Shown here: positions 14,850 to 27,040 of the stretch, one piece after another | Layout of the letters: each line of letters opens with the position of its first letter | How positions within the stretch are numbered: the first letter of the stretch is position 1 | NCBI RefSeq assembly: GCF_006345805.1 | Contig: NC_043001.1 | Location: 61,690,001-61,754,000 of the forward strand | DNA: 64,000 nt | From: Octopus sinensis | Taxonomy: Eukaryota | Direction of reading: 5' to 3' | Translations under genes and position numbers: made by a program | The notes under the pieces: model-generated | What the model saw: the letters and a program-made list of their open reading frames with translations, nothing else | What the model was told of the DNA's origin: nothing | The model's database searches: none

Positions 14850-15100
14850 AAATTGGGAAAGTTTATAGCGAAGGGGAGTGGGAAAATTAGAAAAGAAATC
14901 ATCCAGCAGCAGAATAATGCAAAGCCACGTACATTGAAGATAACCCACGAAAAGATAATTTCATGAAGCTATGAAGTTCTACCTCGCTCATCTTACTCAC
15001 TACACTTAGTACCATCCAATTTTCAGTTAATCAGATCACTTGAGCACTCTACCAGGGCAAAAAAATTCAGAGGCAAGGACGGCATTCCAAAAGTTTCATT
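14850..15100 (+). pseudogene. Degenerate mariner transposase fragment
   Basis: QQQNNAKPRT...YEVLPRSSYSLHLVPSNFQLIRSL corresponds to the mariner HDNARPH...HPPYSPDLAPSDF motifs. Confidence 0.6.
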
Positions 15101-15319
15101 CTTCGAAAGAAGTTGATTCGTTTTGGTTTGAGGCATCAGAAAACACTTTACGAGGCTGTAAAACTATTGCTAAATAATTGAAAGTCGTTTTTAGCAATAT
15201 CATCCGTAAAAGATCCGTACTCAGACTACTTACTGTAGAGAAAATATCTTGCATTCTTTTGTAGCAGAACATGCTTGTAAAATAATTAAATTTTAATATG
15301 GTAATAGTGCATCTTTTAT

Positions 15320-15690
15320 GTTTTACTTGTTTGTGTCGTTCGACTGCAGCCACGCTTGAACATCGCCTTGAAGAATGTTTAGTTGAATGAATCGACTACA
15401 ATACTTATTTTTATTTTTTAAAGCCTGGTACTTATTCTATATTTTTCTCATTTGTCGAGACGTTAAGTTACGGACGCGTAATTACACCACTAGTTATCAA
15501 GCGGTGATAGGTAACAAACACAGGCACAAAGATACACACACACACGTAGATATACATATATACGACGGGCTTCTTTCAGTTTCTGTCAATTAAATCCCCT
15601 CACAAGGTCGGCCCGAGGCTATACTAGGAGACACTTGCTCATGTGGTTGGGAAGCAAACTTCTTACTGCACAGACACGCATGCGCCTATA
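15320..15690. mobile_element. Compound SINE pair (CGACTGCAGCCA.../CCTAGTACTT-type joined to a minus-strand tRNA SINE)
   Basis: The same arrangement occurs at 16485-16835. The first component also occurs at 48085-48270 and 56120-56320. Confidence 0.6.
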
Positions 15691-16484
15691 TTTATCAAGA
15701 AATATTTATATCTCTCCCTTATCCTGACGGCTTGACAATTTTTCCACATAGTTACTGATTAAATTATAAGAGTTCTTTTATAATACTCGTCATTAATGAT
15801 TTTATCGAATTCAAAATAACCCCAAAATAACTTTTCCTTGATGCCTAAAAAGATAACTGCATCAATCAATATTTGTTGAATGACTCCGTTTTGTTTAACT
15901 TCTTATGTCTGTTCTATGCTGTGTCTTTAATACACATTTAATTGTATGCAAACGTTCCTAAAGGCTTTAAGATCTATAAAGGATCAATAAATGCTCATGT
16001 TTTATGACGAGCATATATTTCTTATTTAAAAGACCATAATATTTAACATTTCAGACACATTTTTAAGACTAAGTAGCAAGCATAGCCACCAAAATGTGTG
16101 TGTGTTTAGACCTTCCACTTGACAATGTTTGAATAAATATACCACTTAATGTGAAATTGTCTAATACATTCCTTTTTGGAACTTAAGTAGTTTTGGCGGT
16201 GGTATTCTGCCGTCACTTATAATTAACTGTTTCCCGTCAAGTACTTTTTTTAAACTGTTTTCCAACAGTTCTTGCACGAACATATATATCTGTCCTTTAG
16301 ACAAATATTTCGAAAGTTCAAAACATGCTTAAAAAACAAAGGTGGGAAATGTTTTAATGTGGCTGTGCGGTTGCCTATGTATATGTGCGTAAATTTTATA
16401 TGAAATAATAAGGAGTATGCTAATAGACGATTTGAAGTTTTCATCAGTAAACTTTAGAATTTTTCTTTCTTTCAAAGTATTTTT

Positions 16485-16835
16485 TTTACTTCATTTGACT
16501 GCAGCCATGTGGAAGCACTGCCTTGAAGGGTTTTTAGTCGAAAAAATCGACCCCAGCACTATCTTTTGAGCCTAGTACTTAAATACACCTAGATATAAAC
16601 ACACCAACACCGGTTGTCAAGGGATGGTGGAGGACTAACACACACAAAAAATATACAAAGACACACATACATGTATACGACAGGCTTCTTTCAGTTTCCG
16701 TCAAACCAAATCCTCTCACAAGGCTTTAGTCAGCCCGACACTATATTAGAAGACACTTGCCCAAGTTTCCATGAAGTGGAACAGAACCCGGAACCTTGTA
16801 GTTGATAAGCAAGCTTCTTACCACACAACCATGCC
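16485..16835. mobile_element. Compound SINE pair
   Basis: TCATTTGACTGCAGCCATG...ACACCAACACCGGTTGTCAAG followed by ACGACAGGCTTCTTTCAGTTTCCGTC...CTTACCACACA. Confidence 0.65.
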
Positions 16836-16976
16836 TGTATGTAGAAATAAAATGCTTTTTAAATTTTTCAGATTTATAAAAAAAAAGTATGTAGTGCATG
16901 ACTTGCATACCTTGGGTGTGCATGGTTTGCATACCTTGATTTGCGTCCATGGTGTGTGTGTGTATGAGTGTGTGCA

Positions 16977-17010
<34 letters not shown>

Positions 17011-18419
17011 TGTGTGTGTGTGTGCACGCGTGTGTGTGTTCATTGCAAGTATGTGTATGTATTTGGAACATTTTGGCAAATGAAAATTGCTTGGCTAAAA
17101 CTACTTGTTAGAGCTAAAAGAAAACAATTTTAATGTGCTGTTGGCATGAAGTTTTATTTAAAAGTCGACATAGAGATCATATTGTTAGAATTAATCATGA
17201 TTGATCGATCACAGGTCAGCACTTTCAGCGGCCTACAAGGCCTATCAACAATATGACTTCCAGTTACGACTATTCAAGATTCGATCTCCGCTTTCCCCAC
17301 ATGTCAAATAATAGTAGCGGAAAGAGATATACTTAAAGAAACATTTTGATATTAATGAGCCGAAAATATGCAAATTCATAAAAATACGTTCTCTTTTCAT
17401 ATATATGTTCCGATAGTTTTTGAAAAAAATAATCCTACCACCAAAAAATAATTTTCAAGAAATATTGTACGTTTATGTAATTTCGAAATAATTCTCTTTT
17501 TTTTTTATCAGTGAGACATAGTTTTCATACAAACTGTGACTAAGGTAGATGGACATAGTAACATATGTGTTATTCTTTATATAGTTGTATAAACTTGCCA
17601 GACAAATATAAACTGAAAATATCTAATAAAACGTTACATTAGTAAAATAAATGCAAAAGTATACCATTTAAATGGGAAACACGCATAGAGACTTATATGT
17701 GTGTGTGTGTGTGAGAGAGCATGTGTGCGTAAGTATGAATGTATACATACATACATGCATACATACATATGTGTGTGTGCTTACGTGTGTGTTTATGCAT
17801 GTAAGTATTATGTATTTGTGCATGTATGTATGTACGCACACATTCAAATGCCTGCACTTACATTTTCAAAGAAATTCAATTATTTTCCGAATTATTTGTC
17901 GATATAATGAAATAATGCCGTAAAGTGTGTTCAGTTTGTAAAACTGAAGTACAGACATTCTAAATTTAGAAAAACATCTATACAATTTTTATGTGTATTT
18001 CTTTCTACTCCAACGAAATAGAAATAGAATTGCATAAACTTCAATTTTCTTTTCTCCCTCCCAATTTCAATAGAAAATTTTCCACGCTACATAAACAAAA
18101 ATATTAATGTGTTAATTATTTGCATGAACAGAAAATAATATCAATATCTTTTACTAGCATCCCTATACGTAGACAACATCTAAGGCTATAACAAATTTAC
18201 TAAATAGTACATCAACCGACATTCAATTTATGTTGTTTAAGTGTATATTTGTTGTTCCATCACATATTTATCAGTTACCCCAGAATATCCACTATCAATT
18301 TTTATCAATAAACTTTAAATTTTTATTTCTGTTATTTAACTTTCTCTCACATATGACTCTCTGCTTCTGTCTGTCTTTCACTCTCATTGTCTTTCCATGT
18401 ACACACACACACACAAATA

Positions 18420-18488
<69 letters not shown>

Positions 18489-18650
18489 TTTTACACGTAT
18501 CCATATATGTGTTTTACTTGGCACATCGATTGTTTAAATAGCTTGGTATCGGAAAAAAATTATGTTAGATACGATTGAAAATATTCTTCTGTATCTAAGT
18601 AGAACACACCCAGTAAGTAAACAATTCCACTAAATATACAAGTCTACATA

Positions 18651-18873
18651 TACGAGGTGGCGGGGAGTTGAATAATTCTTGACTTTGGGTAAAAGAAAAT
18701 ACAGGAGGATCAGTTAATTATGATATTATTCAACGTATTCTCCTCTCAGATTCACACACTTACTGCGGCGATTCTTCAGTTTTTCTAATCCCTGCAAAAG
18801 AACTTGGAAGGGTGGGTCTCCAACCAGGCCTTTCGCGAAACCCGTCAAGCCAGGAACTTTTAAGCATCCCCTC

Positions 18874-18875
<2 letters not shown>
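18651..18875. mobile_element. Mariner-derived MITE
   Basis: Imperfect TIRs TACGAGG...AATAATTCTTGACTT / AAGCCAGGAACTTTTAAGCATCCCCTCGTG, in TA context. Confidence 0.6.
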
Positions 18876-18920
<45 letters not shown>

Positions 18921-18926
18921 TCAAAT

Positions 18927-19164
18927 AATGTATCTTGAATGGCACAACAGTGCACTAAACTAACAACAGTGGACTATAATAACTGTTATAATTTAATCAT
19001 CCATAGCCTGATATAATATTTCAGAATATAAAAATTCCATTTTCAAATAAAACTCCCTAGCGGTGGCGAACACGGCCTATCAGACTATGGATGATTAAAT
19101 TATAGCAGTTATTATAGTCCGTAGTTGTTACTATAGTGCATTGTTGTGCCACTCAAGACACATT
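18927..19164. mobile_element. Fold-back MITE-like element with ~85 bp inverted arms
   Basis: 18927-19013 is approximately the reverse complement of 19078-19164. Confidence 0.7.
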
Positions 19165-19243
19165 TTTTACAAGCATTAAGCAATGCTTCAAGCGAACTAC
19201 GATACTCTCCTATATATATGTATATATATATATATATATATAT

Positions 19244-19674
19244 CAGTGGAATAAAGTTAAAACATGCTTTGATTTTCACGTTTTTTATTATTGTATTTAA
19301 AAAAGATTTTTACAATGTTGAAGTGAGCTAAACATGGTCTAGTTTGCACTTTTCTTGCAGCTTATACGGTACGGTTTCCCGGGCGTACCGACATTACTGG
19401 TATAGTTATTACTGGCATATGGTTTTGACCAATCACCATGCAATGCTGATTGGTCGAAACCGTATCCGAAAAATTTGCAAGGACTATCAGAAAAAATACA
19501 TTTTGAAATCTAATGATTACATGATTACTACGAACATATGAAAGTGCTAATTGGATTTATAAATATTACAAAATATCTTTGAATGTTTAACACACTTCAA
19601 CATTTTAAGAGAATTTTTTAAATACAATAATAAAAAACGTGAAAACCAGGCCATGCTTTAACTTAATCCAACTG
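19244..19674. mobile_element. Tc1/mariner-type MITE with ~95 bp TIRs and TA flanks
   Basis: TA|CAGT...AAACAT is mirrored by ATGTTT...ACTG|ATA. Central palindrome TTTTGACCAATCA...TGATTGGTCGAAA. Confidence 0.7.
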
Positions 19675-19705
19675 ATATATTATTCTATATATTTACACAA
19701 ATTTG

Positions 19706-19740
<35 letters not shown>

Positions 19741-19857
19741 ATACTGGAAACTTTCTTTAGCGCAACGATCGTTTCGACACGTTCTGTTTTGCTCCCTTGT
19801 AAGCGGGGAACAATATAATGAATTTCAATGCACCCCACAGTTCAGATACGCCTGTTG

Positions 19858-19888
<31 letters not shown>

Positions 19889-19891
<3 letters not shown>

Positions 19892-22800
19892 CTAAGCAAT
19901 AAGGGTTTAGCAACGAGTTGCCTTACCACATACCGAATTTAGAAATAGCAGTCAAAGGGTTATAGCTATTTCTTCTACTAAAAGGGAGATCTCAGTAAAA
20001 ACAGCATTTGGAAGGCAGACACAACAGGTAAGAGAATGAATTGACTGCAATCTATCATACATTTTTTTAGTTATCCACGGACGTACGTTTCGAAATCAAG
20101 TTTTTAGGAAAGCATAAGAATTAAATAATAAATATTAAATAATTCTATCTTACCGAAACTTCTTTTCTCTTCAGCGTAGAATACTATAATCATAAATGAT
20201 TATATATTGAATTTTGAGATACCAGAAGGCACCAACTCAACTCAGTATCAGAGCGAGCTAGAATCCGCAACTGGTATCACCGAATTCAATTTGTGAATGA
20301 AACGATTGTGTCAACAGCCCCTTCCCACCCGCGTGTAGCCAAAACAAGATGCTGTGGTCATCTACTGAGATAAAATATGGTTATCCGTAATAATGAAGGG
20401 TGAAATTAATTAATTTGGAAAAATTATCAATTACACCAAGTAGTCTTCGGCATGTAAAAGCCTCATTCGAGGAAAATTTAAGTAATACTAAGCAATAAGG
20501 GTTTAGCAACGAGTTGCCTTACCACATACCGAATTTAGAAATAGCAGTCAAAGGGTTATAGCTATTTCTTCTACTAAAAAGGGAGATCTCAGTAAAAACA
20601 GCATTTGGAAGGCAGACACAAACAGGTAAGAGAGAATGAATTGACTGCAATCTATCATACATTTTTTTAGTTATCCACGGACGTACGTTTCGAAATCAAG
20701 TTTTTAGGAAAGCATAAGAATTAAATATAAATATTAAATAATTCTATCTTACCGAAACTTCTTTTCTCTTCAGCGTAGAATACTATAATCATAAATGATT
20801 ATATATTGAATTTTGAGATACCAGAAGGCACCAACTCAACTCAGTATCAGAGCGAGCTAGAATCCGCAACTGGTATCACCGAATTCAATTTGTGAATGAA
20901 ACGATTGTGTCAACAGCCCCTTCCCACCCGCGTGTAGCCAAAACAAGATGCTGTGGTCATCTACTGAGATAAAATATGGTTATCCGTAATAATGAAGGGT
21001 GAAATTAATTAATTTGGAAAAATTATCAATTACACCAAGTAGTCTTCGGCATGTAAAAGCCTCATTCGAGGAAAATTTAAGTAATACTAAGCAATAAGGG
21101 TTTAGCAACGAGTTGCCTTACCACATACCGAATTTAGAAATAGCAGTCAAAGGGTTATAGCTATTTCTTCTACTAAAAGGGAGATCTCAGTAAAAACAGC
21201 ATTTGGAAGGCAGACACAAACAGGTAAGAGAGAATGAATTGACTGCAATCTATCATACATTTTTTTAGTTATCCACGGACGTACGTTTCGAAATCAAGTT
21301 TTTAGGAAAGCATAAGAATTAAATATAAATATTAAATAATTCTATCTTACCGAAACTTCTTTTCTCTTCAGCGTAGAATACTATAATCATAAATGATTAT
21401 ATATTGAATTTTGAGATACCAGAAGGCACCAACTCAACTCAGTATCAGAGCGAGCTAGAATCCGCAACTGGTATCACCGAATTCAATTTGTGAATGAAAC
21501 GATTGTGTCAACAGCCCCTTCCCACCCGCGTGTAGCCAAAACAAGATGCTGTGGTCATCTACTGAGATAAAATATGGTTATCCGTAATAATGAAGGGTGA
21601 AATTAATTAATTTGGAAAATTATCAATTACACCAAGTAGTCTTCGGCATGTAAAAGCCTCATTCGAGGAAAATTTAAGTAATACTAAGCAATAAGGGTTT
21701 AGCAACGAGTTGCCTTACCACATACCGAATTTAGAAATAGCAGTCAAAGGGTTATAGCTATTTCTTCTACTAAAAAGGGAGATCTCAGTAAAAACGGCAT
21801 TTGGAAGGCAGACACAAACAGGTAAGAGAGAATGAATTGACTGCAATCTATCATACATTTTTTTAGTTATCCACGGACGTACGTTTCGAAATCAAGTTTT
21901 TAGGAAAGCATAAGAATTAAATATTAAATATTAAATAATTCTATCTTACCGAAACTTCTTTTCTCTTCAGCGTAGAATACTATAATCATAAATGATTATA
22001 TATTGAATTTTGAGATACCAGAAGGCACCAACTCAACTCAGTATCAGAGCGAGCTAGAATCCGCAACTGGTATCACCGAATTCAATTTGTGAATGAAACG
22101 ATTGTGTCAACAGCCCCTTCCCACCCGCGTGTAGCCAAAACAAGATGCTGTGGTCATCTACTGAGATAAAATATGGTTATCCGTAATAATGAAGGGTGAA
22201 ATTAATTAATTTGGAAAAATTATCAATTACACCAAGTAGTCTTCGGCATGTAAAAGCCTCATTCGAGGAAAATTTAAGTAATACTAAGCAATAAGGGTTT
22301 AGCAACGAGTTGCCTTACCACATACCGAATTTAGAAATAGCAGTCAAAGGGTTATAGCTATTTCTTCTACTAAAAAGGGAGATCTCAGTAAAAACAGCAT
22401 TTGGAAGGCACAAACAAACAGGTAAGAGAGAATGAATTGACTGCAATCTATCATACATTTTTTTAGTTATCCACGGACGTACGTTTCGAAATCAAGTTTT
22501 TAGGAAAGCATAAGAATTAAATATTAAATATTAAATAATTCTATCTTACCGAAACTTCTTTTCTCTTCAGCGTAGAATACTATAATCATAAATGATTATA
22601 TATTGAATTTTGAGATACCAGAAGGCACCAACTCAACTCAGTATCAGAGCGAGCTAGAATCCGCAACTGGTATCACCGAATTCAATTTGTGAATGAAACG
22701 ATTGTGTCAACAGCCCCTTCCCACCCGCGTGTAGCCAAAACAAGATGCTGTGGTCATCTACTGAGATAAAATATGGTTATCCGTAATAATGAAGGGTGAA

Positions 22801-25800
22801 ATTAATTAATTTGGAAAAATTATCAATTACACCAAGTAGTCTTCGGCATGTAAAAGCCTCATTCGAGGAAAATTTAAGTAATACTAAGCAATAAGGGTTT
22901 AGCAACGAGTTGCCTTACCACATACCGAATTTAGAAATAGCAGTCAAAGGGTTATAGCTATTTCTTCTACTAAAAAGGGAGATCTCAGTAAAAACAGCAT
23001 TTGGAAGGCAGACACAAACAGGTAAGAGAGAATGAATTGACTGCAATCTATCATACATTTTTTTAGTTATCCACGGACGTACGTTTCGAAATCAAGTTTT
23101 TAGGAAAGCATAAGAATTAAATATTAAATATTAAATAATTCTATCTTACCGAAACTTCTTTTCTCTTCAGCGTAGAATACTATAATCATAAATGATTATA
23201 TATTGAATTTTGAGATACCAGAAGGCACCAACTCAACTCAGTATCAGAGCGAGCTAGAATCCGCAACTGGTATCACCGAATTCAATTTGTGAATGAAACG
23301 ATTGTGTCAACAGCCCCTTCCCACCCGCGTGTAGCCAAAACAAGATGCTGTGGTCATCTACTGAGATAAAATATGGTTATCCGTAATAATGAAGGCTGAA
23401 ATTAATTAATTTGGAAAAATTATCAATTACACCAAGTAGTCTTCGGCATGTAAAAGCCTCATTCGAGGAAAATTTAAGTAATACTAAGCAATAAGGGTTT
23501 AGCAACGAGTTGCCTTACCACATACCGAATTTAGAAATAGCAGTCAAAGGGTTATAGCTATTTCTTCTACTAAAAAGGGAGATCTCAGTAAAAACAGCAT
23601 TTGGAAGGCAGACACAAACAGGTAAGAGAGAATGAATTGACTGCAATCTATCATACATTTTTTTAGTTATCCACGGACGTACGTTTCGAAATCAAGTTTT
23701 TAGGAAAGCATAAGAATTAAATATTAAATATAAATAATTCTATCTATCTTACCGAAACTTCTTTTCTCTCTTCAGCGTAGAATACTATAATCATAAATGA
23801 TTATATATTGAATTTTGAGATACCAGAAGGCACCAACTCAACTCAGTATCAGAGCGAGCTAGAATCCGCAACTGGTATCACCGAATTCAATTTGTGAATG
23901 AAACGATTGTGTCAACAGCCCCTTCCCACCCGCGTGTAGCCAAAACAAGATGCTGTGGTCATCTACTGAGATAAAATATGGTTATCCGTAATAATGAAGG
24001 GTGAAATTAATTAATTTGGAAAAATTATCAATTACACCAAGTAGTCTTCGGCATGTAAAAGCCTCATTCGAGGAAAATTTAAGTAATACTAAGCAATAAG
24101 GGTTTAGCAACGAGTTGCCTTACCACATACCGAATTTAGAAATAGCAGTCAAAGGGTTATAGCTATTTCTTCTACTAAAAAGGGAGATCTCAGTAAAAAC
24201 AGCATTTGGAAGGCAGACACAACAGGTAAGAGAGAATGAATTGACTGCAATCTATCATACATTTTTTTAGTTATCCACGGACGTACGTTTCGAAATCAAG
24301 TTTTTAGGAAAGCATAAGAATTAAATAATAAATATAAATAATTCTATCTTACCGAAACTTCTTTTCTCTTCAGCGTAGAATACTATAATCATAAATGATT
24401 ATATATTGAATTTTGAGATACCAGAAGGCACCAACTCAACTCAGTATCAGAGCGAGCTAGAATCCGCAACTGGTATCACCGAATTCAATTTGTGAATGAA
24501 ACGATTGTGTCAACAGCCCCTTCCCACCCGCGTGTAGCCAAAACAAGATGCTGTGGTCATCTACTGAGATAAAATATGGTTATCCGTAATAATGAAGGGT
24601 GAAATTAATTAATTTGGAAAAATTATCAATTACACCAAGTAGTCTTCGGCATGTAAAAGCCTCATTCGAGAAAATTTAAGTAATACTAAGCAATAAGGGT
24701 TTAGCAACGAGTTGCCTTACCACATACCGAATTTAGAAATAGCAGTCAAAGGGTTATAGCTATTTCTTCTACTAAAAAGGGAGATCTCAGTAAAAACAGC
24801 ATTTGGAAGGCAGACACAAACAGGTAAGAGAGAATGAATTGACTGCAATCTATCATACATTTTTTTAGTTATCCACGGACGTACGTTTCGAAATCAAGTT
24901 TTTAGGAAAGCATAAGAATTAAATAATAAATATTAAATAATTCTATCTTACCGAAACTTCTTTTCTCTTCAGCGTAGAATACTATAATCATAAATGATTA
25001 TATATTGAATTTTGAGATACCAGAAGGCACCAACTCAACTCAGTATCAGAGCGAGCTAGAATCCGCAACTGGTATCACCGAATTCAATTTGTGAATGAAA
25101 CGATTGTGTCAACAGCCCCTTCCCACCCGCGTGTAGCCAAAACAAGATGCTGTGGTCATCTACTGAGATAAAATATGGTTATCCGTAATAATGAAGGGTG
25201 AAATTAATTAATTACACCAAGTAGTCTTCGGCATGTAAAAGCCTCATTCGAGGAAAATTTAAGTAATACTAAGCAATAAGGGTTTAGCAACGAGTTGCCT
25301 TACCACATACCGAATTTAGAAATAGCAGTCAAAGGGTTATAGCTATTTCTTCTACTAAAAAGGGAGATCTCAGTAAAAACAGCATTTGGAAGGCAGACAC
25401 AAACAGGTAAGAGAGAATGAATTGACTGCAATCTATCATACATTTTTTTAGTTATCCACGGACGTACGTTTCGAAATCAAGTTTTTAGGAAAGCATAAGA
25501 ATTAAATATTAAATATTAAATAATTCTATCTTACCGAAACTTCTTTTCTCTTCAGCGTAGAATACTATAATCATAATGATTATATATTGAATTTTGAGAT
25601 ACCAGAAGGCACCAACTCAACTCAGTATCAGAGCGAGCTAGAATCCGCAACTGGTATCACCGAATTCAATTTGTGAATGAAACGATTGTGTCAACAGCCC
25701 CTTCCCACCCGCGTGTAGCCAAAACAAGATGCTGTGGTCATCTACTGAGATAAAATATGGTTATCCGTAATAATGAAGGGTGAAATTAATTAATTTGGAA

Positions 25801-26841
25801 AAATTATCAATTACACCAAGTAGTCTTCGGCATGTAAAAGCCTCATTCGAGGAAAATTTAAGTAATACTAAGCAATAAGGGTTTAGCAACGAGTTGCCTT
25901 ACCACATACCGAATTTAGAAATAGCAGTCAAAGGGTTATAGCTATTTCTTCTACTAAAAAGGGAGATCTCAGTAAAAACAGCATTTGGAAGGCAGACACA
26001 AACAGGTAAGAGAGAATGAATTGACTGCAATCTATCATCATACATTTTTTTAGTTATCCACGGACGTACGTTTCGAAATCAAGTTTTTAGGAAAGCATAA
26101 GAATTAAATATTAAATATTAATAATTCTATCTTACCGAAACTTCTTTTCTCTTCAGCGTAGAATACTATAATCATAAATGATTATATATTGAATTTTGAG
26201 ATACCAGAAGGCACCAACTCAACTCAGTATCAGAGCGAGCTAGAATCCGCAACTGGTATCACCGAATTCTTTGTGAATGAAACGATTGTGTCAACAGCCC
26301 CTCCCACCCGCGTGTAGCCAAAACAAGATGCTGTGGTCATCTACTGAGATAAAATATGGTTATCCGTAATAATGAAGGGTGAAATTAATTAATTTGGAAA
26401 AATTATCAATTACACCAAGTAGTCTTCGGCATGTAAAAGCCTCATTCGAGGAATTTAAGTAATACTAAGCAATAAGGGTTTAGCAACGAGTTGCCTTACC
26501 ACATACCGAATTTAGAAATAGCAGTCAAAGGGTTATAGCTATTTCTTCTACTAAAAAGGGAGATCTCAGTAAAAACAGCATTTGGAAGGCAGACACAAAC
26601 AGGTAAGAGAGAATGAATTGACTGCAATCTATCATACATTTTTTTAGTTATCCACGGACGTACGTTTCGAAATCAAGTTTTTAGGAAAGCATAAGAATTA
26701 AATAATAAATATTAAATAATTCTATCTTACCGAAACTTCTTTTCTCTTCAGCGTAGAATACTATAATCATAAATGATTATATATTGAATTTTGAGATACC
26801 AGAAGGCACCAACTCAACTCAGTATCAGAGCGAGCTAGAAT
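19889..26841 (-). repeat. Tandem array of a ~600 bp hammerhead-ribozyme-bearing unit (11 full units plus 378 bp), retrozyme-like
   Basis: Unit starts (ACTAAGCAATAAGG) at 19891, 20487, 21086, 21683, 22283, 22883, 23483, 24088, 24685, 25268, 25867 and 26464. Units are near-identical and the array has (TA)n on both sides. Confidence 0.95.
20068..20187 (-). ncRNA. Type I hammerhead ribozyme with extended stem II (unit 1; repeated in every unit)
   Basis: Minus strand: TCTACG-CTGAAGA-G[76 nt hairpin]C-GAAAC-GTAC-GTC|CGTGGA. C17 is at 20080, 20680, 21278, 21876, 22476, 23076, 23676, 24280, 24878, 25461, 26063, 26657 and 28873. Confidence 0.85.
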
Positions 26842-27005
26842 ATATATATCAACAGGTGTATCGAAGCATATACGTTTACATACATACGGTCAAATATGTG
26901 TGTTCATACAAGCATACATACATACATAACATGGGATCTCTTAAGCACCACCAGCTCAAATATTGTCTCTCTCTGTCTTCCCTCCTTGGATCTTTCCTTC
27001 TCCTT

Positions 27006-27040
27006 GTTTCCGACGAAGAGCTCCGCTCGAAACGTTAAAC
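27006..27040 (+). ncRNA. Minimal hammerhead-like motif in a short PLE-type non-autonomous repeat (second copy at 29222-29256)
   Basis: GTTT-CCGACGA-A-GAGC-TCC-GCTC-GAAAC-GT-T-AAAC: U4C variant core, loopless palindromic stem III, GUU site. Confidence 0.55.

Noticed and set aside
19755-19810. Minus-strand GAAAC-GATC-GTT half hammerhead next to the array
   Set aside because: No recognisable CUGANGA core; at most a decayed relic.
20296-20375. Plus-strand GAAAC-GATTGT-GTC followed by ACAGC/GCTGT and CTGAGA, suggesting a second opposite-polarity hammerhead
   Set aside because: The core lacks N7, lies 9 nt from stem I, and no stem II can form.
19889-26841. Array as CRISPR, rDNA, tRNA cluster or coding repeat
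   Set aside because: No variable spacers, no rRNA or tRNA motifs, and only short (under 60 aa) open frames.
26784-27038. ORF MNFEIPEGTNSTQYQSELE... (also 29000-29254)
   Set aside because: Chimeric read-through from the array end into flanking microsatellite; in array units it stops after about 30 codons.
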